DNA from: an uncultured Acidimicrobiaceae bacterium
Lineage (GTDB): Bacteria; Actinomycetota; Acidimicrobiia; Acidimicrobiales; RAAP-2
DNA length: 64,000 bases
NCBI GenBank assembly: GCA_963840435.1
Contig: CAWIYY010000015.1
Coordinates: forward strand, 42,105 to 106,104
Direction of reading: 5' to 3'
A program made the position numbers and the translations under genes. This document shows positions 35,611-43,463 of this stretch, one piece after another (positions within the stretch are counted from its first letter, which is position 1; each line of letters begins with the position of its first letter). A model generated the notes under the pieces. That model saw only the letters and a list, made by a program, of their open reading frames with translations, was not told the DNA's origin and searched no databases.

Positions 35611-37461
35611 ATGCTGAAGAAGCTGATGGCGCGCCAGCGCGCGCTGAAGCTAGGCGCAGGGTTGCTGGGGGCGTCCGTATTGGCAGTGGGCTTTGCTAGC
35701 CCAGCCTTTGCGACGGCGTCGTCCGGCGGCAACGTTGCCTCGGCGAACTACAACATCTATCAGGGCGGATCGAACACGACCTACCTGATGATGCAGCAGC
35801 TGGCGGACCTGTTCAACCAGGCACCCGGTTGCGACCTGGCCGTGGTGAGCGGCAAGATCCAGCCTCTCGACTACGAGTGCCCCGGCACCGGGTCCAGCTT
35901 GTCTGTGCCGATCACGACGGCCGCGACGGGCGCCACGACGAAGAAGAGCGAGACGATAACGCTCGTACCGGCGACCACCAACGCGAACATCTTCGCCAAC
36001 GACCCGATCAGCGACTCGGGTGGTGCCATCAAGGCGGGAACGATCGTCACCAGCGTGAACCAGAGCACGAACACCATCACAATCAGCGTCGCAGCGAAGA
36101 AGACGGTGGCGTCCGACAGTCTCACGGTGACCACCACCCCGGCGGTCGGTGAGAACGGCTTCACGACGTTCTCGCAGGAAAACCCCTTCAACGACCTCCT
36201 CATTGAAGAGCCTGCGTTGGGATCCTCCAACGGCATCCAGGAGCTCGAGGACCAGAATGGCCACGCCGCCGGCGCGTTGTCGGCCGGCGTCAACGTTGCG
36301 CCGCTTGACGTTGCCCGCTCCTCTCGTGCGCCGAACCTGACCTCATCCAGCTCCAATGGCGACGACAAGGGTCTCAACTTCGTCGCCTACGCGATGGACG
36401 CTGTGACGTGGGTCCACTGGACCAAGGTGAAGGGTACGGCGACCCCGTCGTCCACCCTCACCAACTTGACCGTCCCGCAACTCACCGCCATCTGGCAGAA
36501 CAAGCCCTGCACCTCACTGATCGATGGCACGAACGAGCCCTCGGCCAACTGGGGATGCTACGGCGGGAGCAAGAACGCACCCATCGCGCTCTACATCGCG
36601 CAGAACGGATCTGGGACGGAGTCCACCTGGCAGAGCCTGCTCGGCCTGACTGCTGGCAGCCCCGCGCCCAAGTTCCCCTTCGGCGGTGAGGACCCGAACC
36701 ACATCATCTTCGAGAACGAGACGGCGTCGATCCTGAACAACGGGGACGAAGCCAATGCCATCTTCTTCTTCTCCTTCGGGAAGTTCGAGACCATCTGTGC
36801 GCCGAACCCGTCCTTCTGCTCGGGTTCCTCCACCAGCTCGATGGCCTTGGGGAAGATCGGCGGCATCGCGGCGAGCAAGACCACCATTGCGGCCCAGCTC
36901 CCAGGGGCCAACACGACGGGGTCGAACCCGCAGCTGTTCCCGGGCGACCGTCTGCTCTTCAACGTGTACTCCGATGGCTCCAACCCGCAGATCAACGCTT
37001 CCTCGCCAGCTTCGCTCAATGCGGTCAGCGAGGACGGGTTCCTGTGTAAGCCTTCGAGCAACACGGACATCGACCCGAACACGGGCTTGACCTACCGCAG
37101 CGAGATCAACAAGGTGATCTCCGCGCAGGGTTTCTTCCCGCTGCCACTGATGGTGGAGAACGGTCAGAACGGACAGCAGAACGAGGCGGCATTCGGGCCC
37201 TTCGGCACGACGTCGACGCTCAACACTCCTCCCGGTATCCCGAACCCGGCGTGGAGCGACGGCCTTTCTGCCTCTAACTACAACGCGGCCAACGAGACCA
37301 CTCCGGCTCCGAACCAGGACACGGATGACTCGGCGGTCAACGGAACCAGCTACACGAACGTCTACTTCGACGGCAGCTCGACCACCACCCAGGTGGCCTC
37401 GCCGAGCAGCCCGGTCGGGTACTGCCTGACCGAATCGACGGACGGCAACAACACCAACTAG
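35611..37461 (+). CDS. secreted PstS-superfamily (PBP_like_2-type) substrate-binding protein, enlarged
   Basis: ATG 35611, 10 nt after AAAGGAGA. Signal peptide ends ASPAFA. GGSNTTYLMMQQLADLF, LGSSNGIQEL, LDVARSSR and IAQNGSGTESTW are colinear with B. subtilis-type PstS motifs (GSGtG, D..aSR, R.dGSGT). Confidence 0.65.
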   Translation: MLKKLMARQRALKLGAGLLGASVLAVGFASPAFATASSGGNVASANYNIYQGGSNTTYLMMQQLADLFNQAPGCDLAVVSGKIQPLDYECPGTGSSLSVPITTAATGATTKKSETITLVPATTNANIFANDPISDSGGAIKAGTIVTSVNQSTNTITISVAAKKTVASDSLTVTTTPAVGENGFTTFSQENPFNDLLIEEPALGSSNGIQELEDQNGHAAGALSAGVNVAPLDVARSSRAPNLTSSSSNGDDKGLNFVAYAMDAVTWVHWTKVKGTATPSSTLTNLTVPQLTAIWQNKPCTSLIDGTNEPSANWGCYGGSKNAPIALYIAQNGSGTESTWQSLLGLTAGSPAPKFPFGGEDPNHIIFENETASILNNGDEANAIFFFSFGKFETICAPNPSFCSGSSTSSMALGKIGGIAASKTTIAAQLPGANTTGSNPQLFPGDRLLFNVYSDGSNPQINASSPASLNAVSEDGFLCKPSSNTDIDPNTGLTYRSEINKVISAQGFFPLPLMVENGQNGQQNEAAFGPFGTTSTLNTPPGIPNPAWSDGLSASNYNAANETTPAPNQDTDDSAVNGTSYTNVYFDGSSTTTQVASPSSPVGYCLTESTDGNNTN

Positions 37462-37501
37462 CAGTCCCCGCAGTAACTGCATTGCACTGAAGGGCCGTAG
37501 C

Positions 37502-37533
37502 CCGGGCTGCGGGGTTCATTCCCCGCAGCCCGG
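37502..37533 (+). terminator. 13-bp perfect stem-loop after the PstS-like gene
   Basis: CCGGGCTGCGGGG-ttcatt-CCCCGCAGCCCGG, 41 nt after the stop at 37461. No U-tract. Confidence 0.6.
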
Positions 37534-37572
37534 TGCCGGCTCTCAAGGTGTGCAAGTGATCCGAAGTACCGA

Positions 37573-37601
37573 GGAGGCCCGGCCGAGGAGGCCGGGCCTC
37601 C
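37573..37601 (+). terminator. second 12-bp perfect stem-loop
   Basis: GGAGGCCCGGCC-gagga-GGCCGGGCCTCC. Confidence 0.45.
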
Positions 37602-37696
37602 TGCGCGCTCGGACTCCACAGTCCCCGCAGCCATGCTCGGCAGCTCCGTACCCTGAGCGCCCATCGCGGCAAGGCGGAAGAAGTACAGTCGCCGGA

Positions 37697-38467
37697 GTGG
37701 CCAGGCACGCCAAGCGTCGCCGCAAGTCCCCGGGCCCGGGTGATCGGGACTGGAGCGACGAGCGCCGCTTCGACACGGACCTGCGCGCCGTCGAGCCCTC
37801 ACCGGAGAGTGTCGCCGCCGAACCCGATTGGTTTTCGCCTTCTGTGGCCGGCGAGGACGTGTATGCAGCGCGCCAGGAGGTTCCGCTCGCCGCGATGTTG
37901 ATGCTCGGGGAGCACGCCTGGCAGCGGATCGACGGGATGGGGATGGCCCGACAGGCTCTCGAGGCGCCATCGACCGGCGACCAGCGTGTCGACCTGAGCA
38001 ACGAGGAGCGCTTTCTGCTGGCCAACGGGCGCGCCTGGTGCCTCGTCGTGCATTCTGATCTCGGGCACGGGGGCCGGCGCGACGATCCGATCGTCCTGGC
38101 TGACGCCCAGCGCCATGTCGAGCAGGCGCAGGCGGTGGCCGAGCGTGACGTCCACCGGGCCCAGGTCCAGATGACCACGGCCCTCATCGCTTTCCGCCGA
38201 GATGGGCCGCACCGCGCGCTGCATCAGGCACAAACGGCCGTAGACGCGTTCGCGGTGTTGCCCGACACCGAGCGCAGCGGGCAGAGCCAGGGGGTGGCCA
38301 GCCTGGCCGTGCTCACCTTGGCGCTGGTCACTGCGGCTTCTGGGACAACAGAATCCGGGCTGAACCTGGCCCGGGCTGCCGGGGCTCTCCGACCGCCTCT
38401 CGACGTGGATCAGGCCGCCTTCGGGGCGCTCTTAAAGGAGCTGTCGGAGTGGATTCCGGCGCATTGA
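37697..38467 (+). CDS. hypothetical protein
   Basis: The frame of ORF 37550..38467 has strong GC3 bias from ~37700 onward. I moved the start to GTG 37697 because the 5' part of the track ORF is occupied by the two hairpins. No recognisable motif. Confidence 0.4.
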   Translation: MARHAKRRRKSPGPGDRDWSDERRFDTDLRAVEPSPESVAAEPDWFSPSVAGEDVYAARQEVPLAAMLMLGEHAWQRIDGMGMARQALEAPSTGDQRVDLSNEERFLLANGRAWCLVVHSDLGHGGRRDDPIVLADAQRHVEQAQAVAERDVHRAQVQMTTALIAFRRDGPHRALHQAQTAVDAFAVLPDTERSGQSQGVASLAVLTLALVTAASGTTESGLNLARAAGALRPPLDVDQAAFGALLKELSEWIPAH

Positions 38468-38684
38468 ACCGGCCCGCGGACTAGGCCACCCACCTGGGGC
38501 TCTATAGTTCACCTACCTGTTACGCCGCTGTTGCGGGTGGTTCATCTGTTCCACCTAGTCTCGGCGGCTGACATGCGGCCGGTTGCAACCATGAGTCGGC
38601 CGCCCATCGGGGCCGTGTACCCCGGATCGTCCGGCGAACGCAACGTCGCCGAAGGGACGAAACCGGGCGGAGGGCAGTCACAGC

Positions 38685-40466
38685 ATGACGACACAGCGAG
38701 ACAGGGGCAAGCGCTGGCCGTTCACGTGGCACCGCAGCCGAGCCGCGTCGCGGGGCTCAGTGTCGATGCTCGACACCATGCAGCTGACCGCGATCATGAC
38801 GGATCCGACGCCTCGCACGGTTCCACCCGAACATGGCGGGGCCAACGAACTCCTCGGTGTCGTGAAGTCCGACGGAGAGTTCAAACACTCGGTGGGCTGG
38901 CTGAGTGCACCGCGCCATCTTTCGGAAGCCGTACGCCAACGGATTCAGGCGCGACAGAACCTCTCCGTGCGTCGGCTGGTACTGGCCATCGGCAGCCTGA
39001 TCCTCATCACCGCTGGTCTCGTGGCAGCGACCATGATCGCCACGACGAGTGCAACGCCGCCCCAGACATCGCACTCGAGTTTCGGCGCCGTGGCCCATCG
39101 ACTCGTTATGAGCCCGAGCCATTTGGAACTGGGACCGGCCACCACGAATCCCCTACCCGCGAAGCCGCTTGTGGAGCTGGCCAATCCGACATCGGCCCAC
39201 GAGGTCTTCGGGTATGTCCCTTACTGGTCGCTCCCGGACTGGCAGAGCTTCCCTTACGGAGACTTCTCGACGGTCGCGTACTTCAGTTTGAACGTAAATC
39301 CCAACGGCTCAATTGAGCAGTCGGGCCCGGGCTGGAATGGCTACAACAGCGAGGACTTCGTGAACATGATCGATGCCGCCCACCAGGCGGGCGACCGCGT
39401 CGTGCTGACGGCCAACGATTTCTCCCAGGCTTCGCTCTACACGCTGACCCACGATCCAAACGCCGGCATCGTGCTCGGAACGGAGTTGCTCGAGGTGGTG
39501 CAGACCAAGGACCTCGACGGCGTAAACCTCGACCTCGAAGGCACTGGCAGTGCCGACCAAGCTGGTCTGGACCACCTGGTCGGCCAGGTCGACTTCATGT
39601 TGCACAGCGCCGATCCCCACTATCAGCTCACGATGTCCACGTACGCCTCATCGGCCGGCGATCCGAACGGCTTCTACGACATCTCGGGCCTCTCGCGATG
39701 GGTCAACGCCTTCTTCGTGATGGCCTATGACGTCAGCCAGGGATCGACGGGGGCCGGCGGTGGAAGCGACGAGGCTGACATCGACCAGTACGTGTCGAAG
39801 GTCGGCGCCTCCAAGGTGATCCTCGGGTTGCCCCTCTTCGGCGACGACGAACCAACCAGCGGGCCTGCGCTCGGTGACCCCTCGACCGGTCCGCCCGTCC
39901 CGGTGACCTACGCCCAGGCCATGGGAGACGGTCCCACCTACTGGAATGCAGCGACGGACACGGCCTGGACGTCCTACCAGTCGGGCGGTCAGTGGCATCA
40001 GGTCTTCTTCGACAACGCCAACACCCTCGAAGGACAAGTCCAGCTTGCGGCCCGGTCGAACTTGCTCGGGACCGGCGTCTGGGCTCTCGGAATGGAAGGA
40101 AGTGACAACTCGGTGCTCAGCTTGCTCAACGGGCGACCCGTATCCCTGCGCACGCCCCCGGCGGGCTTGACCACATCGGCTGCGACGGCTCGCACCAGCC
40201 CGAAGAAGGCCAAGGCAGGCGGCGGGGGGCAGAGCGCCACATCTTCGACGACGGTCCCCTCCGTTGCCGGAAGCGGAGGACACCGCCGTCGCGGGAACCG
40301 ATCGACGACATCGACCCGCCCGTCGACCACGACGTCCAGTGCACCGGGCACGACGACCTCGACGACCTCCGGATCCCTGCCGACGTCGAGCTCGACGACG
40401 ACCCTGACCACAGGGGACTCGGGCAGTGCCGGGAGCACCACCACGTCCACGGCGATCCCGCAGTGA
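38685..40466 (+). CDS. membrane-anchored glycoside hydrolase family 18 (chitinase-like) protein with Ser/Thr-rich tail
   Basis: TM LVLAIGSLILITAGLVAATMIA. FGYVPYWS...VAYFSL...LDGVNLDLEG is the GH18 DGxxxDxE catalytic motif. The last ~130 aa are S/T/G/P-rich. Start uncertain. Confidence 0.7.
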   Translation: MTTQRDRGKRWPFTWHRSRAASRGSVSMLDTMQLTAIMTDPTPRTVPPEHGGANELLGVVKSDGEFKHSVGWLSAPRHLSEAVRQRIQARQNLSVRRLVLAIGSLILITAGLVAATMIATTSATPPQTSHSSFGAVAHRLVMSPSHLELGPATTNPLPAKPLVELANPTSAHEVFGYVPYWSLPDWQSFPYGDFSTVAYFSLNVNPNGSIEQSGPGWNGYNSEDFVNMIDAAHQAGDRVVLTANDFSQASLYTLTHDPNAGIVLGTELLEVVQTKDLDGVNLDLEGTGSADQAGLDHLVGQVDFMLHSADPHYQLTMSTYASSAGDPNGFYDISGLSRWVNAFFVMAYDVSQGSTGAGGGSDEADIDQYVSKVGASKVILGLPLFGDDEPTSGPALGDPSTGPPVPVTYAQAMGDGPTYWNAATDTAWTSYQSGGQWHQVFFDNANTLEGQVQLAARSNLLGTGVWALGMEGSDNSVLSLLNGRPVSLRTPPAGLTTSAATARTSPKKAKAGGGGQSATSSTTVPSVAGSGGHRRRGNRSTTSTRPSTTTSSAPGTTTSTTSGSLPTSSSTTTLTTGDSGSAGSTTTSTAIPQ

Positions 40467-41257
40467 GGGGGGAGCACCCGAAGCACCAGAGGGCGGGCCT
40501 CTTCGACAGGCACAGGGTGGCGCTGACCTTTGCCGGCCTGACTGCCGTGCTGGGCCTGGCCGCGTCTGCGTGCGGAAGCAGTGGACCGTCCGAGGGGGCA
40601 CTGGCCGGGAAGTCGGCCACCGCCGTGCTCTCCATCTCGATCAAGGCGTACCACCGCCAGCAATCGGTGAGCTTCGTCACCCGTACTGTTGCCGGCACGG
40701 CCAGCACGATCCAGGTCGGGGAGACGAGCGCCAAAGCCGCCACCGAGTCCGTCCGATCGGGCACGACCCCGGTCCTCGACGCCGTCCTGGTCAACGGGAC
40801 AGGCTACCTGCGGGCCGGCACGCAATTCCTCGAGCAGCAGTTGAGCATGTCCGCGCAAGTGGCAACCGCCCATGCCGGGCAGTGGATCTCGTTCGAGAAG
40901 GGGAACCCTGGCTACTCCGCCGTGACGCAATCGCTTACTCCTGGTGAAGCCATCTTCCAGTTCGTGCCCGACGAACCCGATCTCCGCGTCGCTGGCGCCA
41001 CGACGTTCCAGGGTCAGAGCGTGGTCGCCGTCACCGGAAGCCCGGCAACGGCGCCACCCGCAGGGACGACTGCGACCGTCACCATGTTCGTCTCGTCCAC
41101 TGCCCCCTACCTGCCACTGGGCGCCACCCTCCAGGTGAATGACAACGGTGGGAAGAACGTCGAGCGGGCCGCTTCGGTCTACGGGAGATACAACAAGAAG
41201 GTGGATCCAAAAGCCCCGACGGGCGCCGTCCCCATCACGTCGCTGGTTTCGTCCTGA
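40463..41257 (+). CDS. lipoprotein of unknown function
   Basis: Lipobox LGLAASAC. Overlaps the GH18 stop. High GC3. Confidence 0.55.
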   Translation: MRGEHPKHQRAGLFDRHRVALTFAGLTAVLGLAASACGSSGPSEGALAGKSATAVLSISIKAYHRQQSVSFVTRTVAGTASTIQVGETSAKAATESVRSGTTPVLDAVLVNGTGYLRAGTQFLEQQLSMSAQVATAHAGQWISFEKGNPGYSAVTQSLTPGEAIFQFVPDEPDLRVAGATTFQGQSVVAVTGSPATAPPAGTTATVTMFVSSTAPYLPLGATLQVNDNGGKNVERAASVYGRYNKKVDPKAPTGAVPITSLVSS

Positions 41258-41389
41258 TCGGCTCGACATTGTCCTGGTCAGACGCAGGGTCATGGCTCTC
41301 GATTCCCCTCACGATCCGGTGCGGTCTCTTCGACGGCTTCCCGCTCCACGTAGTAGAAGTGCGGGTCACCATGGGACGACGTTCCTGCC

Positions 41390-42508
41390 ATGTGCATCGA
41401 CCAGCGCTCAGCGTCTGTCCTCCGGCCGAGGGAAGATCATGAACGCACTGGGCTGCTCGGAACACCAAGGAGAGGCAAGGAATTGACTTCGCCGGCTCAC
41501 CGATCGGAGTCGAGCGCGTCGGATGCGCTCGAGGCAACTCCCGAGAACCTCGACGCGGTCCTCGCCGTCATGCGTTGCCCTGAATGTGGCGGGCGCATGC
41601 TGCCCGAGCGGCCCGACGTGGTCTGTGTCAACGGTCACGTGCTTCCGGTGGTCGACGGCTATCTCGACGCCACCGGGGCTCGAGCCGTGGCCAGCGCAGC
41701 GACGGCCAAGACGTTCGAGAGCTTCGGCTACGAATGGACAACCTTCTCTGACGTGCTGGAGGAGGACAAGCTCTACGCGGCGCACTACCTGCGTGACCTG
41801 GACCTACCCGGGCTGGCAGGCCGTCTCGGACTCGATGCCGGCTGCGGGCGAGGTCGCTACACGCGCTTCTTGGCGCCGCACCTGAGCCAGCTGGTTGCCT
41901 TGGACGGATCCGACGCCGTGCGCTCGGCCGCCGCCAACATGCGTGACCTGAAGAACACGGTTGTGCTGCGCTCCGACCTCCGTCGGGCCCCGTTCGCTGA
42001 CGAGAGCTTTGGTTTCGTGGCTTCCTATGGCGTTCTCCATCACCTAGAGGATCCCCGGGCGGGATTCGACTACCTGGTCGGACTGCTCGCTCCGGGCGGC
42101 GTCATGACCCTTTATCTCTACAGCCGTCCCGAACGGCGGGGTCCGCGCGGGATGGGTCTCGCCGCCGCGGCTTGGCTTCGCCGCTACACGGTGCGCATGC
42201 CGCATCCGCTCCTCCGCGCCCTGTGCTATCCGCTGGCTGCGCTCTTGTGGCTCGGCATCGTGCTCCCTGGGAAGTTGGGCGATGTGGCGCACGTCGAGAA
42301 GCTGTCCTCGCTCCCCATGGCGACTTACCGCGGCAAGCCGGCGCGCACCCTTGTCCTCGACTCTTTCGACCGCTTGAGCGCACCCGTGGAACACCGCTAC
42401 ATCTGGGCCGATCTGGCCCCCTGGTTCGAAGAGGCCGGGCTCGTGGTGGACGCTCACCGCGACGAGTCGGGCTGGTTCGTGGTCGCGCACCGTCCGCCTC
42501 TCGGTTGA
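41390..42508 (+). CDS. class I SAM-dependent methyltransferase with N-terminal Trm112-like zinc ribbon
   Basis: MRCPECGGRM...VCVNGHV (CxxC...C.xH) and GLDAGCGRGRYTRFLA (SAM motif I). Start uncertain, possibly near 41480-41570. Confidence 0.7.
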   Translation: MCIDQRSASVLRPREDHERTGLLGTPRRGKELTSPAHRSESSASDALEATPENLDAVLAVMRCPECGGRMLPERPDVVCVNGHVLPVVDGYLDATGARAVASAATAKTFESFGYEWTTFSDVLEEDKLYAAHYLRDLDLPGLAGRLGLDAGCGRGRYTRFLAPHLSQLVALDGSDAVRSAAANMRDLKNTVVLRSDLRRAPFADESFGFVASYGVLHHLEDPRAGFDYLVGLLAPGGVMTLYLYSRPERRGPRGMGLAAAAWLRRYTVRMPHPLLRALCYPLAALLWLGIVLPGKLGDVAHVEKLSSLPMATYRGKPARTLVLDSFDRLSAPVEHRYIWADLAPWFEEAGLVVDAHRDESGWFVVAHRPPLG

Positions 42509-42527
42509 CGCTCGGGTCCCTGGGCGG

Positions 42528-42960
42528 TCAGGAACGGCGTCTCTCGAGGGCCGAGAGCATGGCGACCTCGATCAGATCGACCTCGTCGTGGAGCGACAGC
42601 CGCTCCTCGGCCGCATGTCGACAGCGCTGACCGAGCTCGGGGTCGTCACTGTGCCAATCGAGCACCTCGAGCAGATGCCGGACCAGATCGTCGGGGTCAT
42701 CGGGTGCGGCCAGCCGGCGCCGCATCCAGTGGGTGAGGATCTCGGGGGAGCCCGCCGACCGCAGTCGCCACCACCGGGACGCGCCGACCCGGCCGAGGCG
42801 GCGCGTCCCGTCGACGAGCTGCGCTCCCTGGGGCTGGAACTCCCGGTCGAAGCGATGGCCACGCCGGGCCAGTCTCTGGGCGTTGGTCAGGTGGGTCCGC
42901 TCCAGGCCACCCGCCGAGTCGAGGTGGTTTGCCGTGGTCGGGATCCGCACCGGGCCACAA
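42528..42960 (-). pseudogene. probable frameshifted, 5'-truncated remnant of a GT4 glycosyltransferase
   Basis: One minus frame reads VPVVATAVGGLP (ORF 42697..42960). Another continues PEILTHW...LAAPDDPDDLVRHLLEVLDWHSDDPELGQRCRHAAEERLS (ORF 42528..42950). Together they form a GT4 C-terminus split at about nt 42748, and no N-terminal half is present. Confidence 0.35.
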
Positions 42961-43144
42961 TTCGGATCTCGTCGAGGGTCGGAAGAAAGGGAGGGCTCGT
43001 GCGGCCTCCCGGGCGGGCGGGCCGTCGCGGTTCGCCCTCCGGTCGCGCAGTCGACACCTGCCGTTCAGCCGAGACCCCTGGTGAGGACGCGGCGGGGAGG
43101 TGGATCCGGTACCGTGCCATGAGGGGCATGGAAAGGAGAACTCG

Positions 43145-43450
43145 GTGGAGGCTCACCAGGAGCAAGAGGGCTGGTTCACCGATCCGTTCGGGCGGCACGA
43201 GGCCCGGTGGCTTTCCGACGGTACACCGACCAAGTTGGTGCGAGACGGCGGGGTGGAGTCCTATGACGAACCGCCTGACGAGGAGCCGACGACGGCGCCG
43301 GAACGCATCGAGCCCGATGTGGTCGCCAAGGATGGCGCGGACCTGATCCGGGCCGGTGACGGCTCAGGACTGGATGATCTCGGCTCGCTGACCGAGCGGA
43401 TGGAGGACGCCGCGCTCGAAGGCGGAGCCCACCCCCAAGCGCGGATCTGA
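43145..43450 (+). CDS. small DUF2510-like protein
   Basis: GTG 43145, 7 nt after AAAGGAG. GWFTDPFGRHEARWLSDGTPTKLV resembles the GWY.DP.G....RYWDG..WT motif. Confidence 0.5.
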   Translation: MEAHQEQEGWFTDPFGRHEARWLSDGTPTKLVRDGGVESYDEPPDEEPTTAPERIEPDVVAKDGADLIRAGDGSGLDDLGSLTERMEDAALEGGAHPQARI

Positions 43451-43463
43451 GGCCTGGCCGGGA

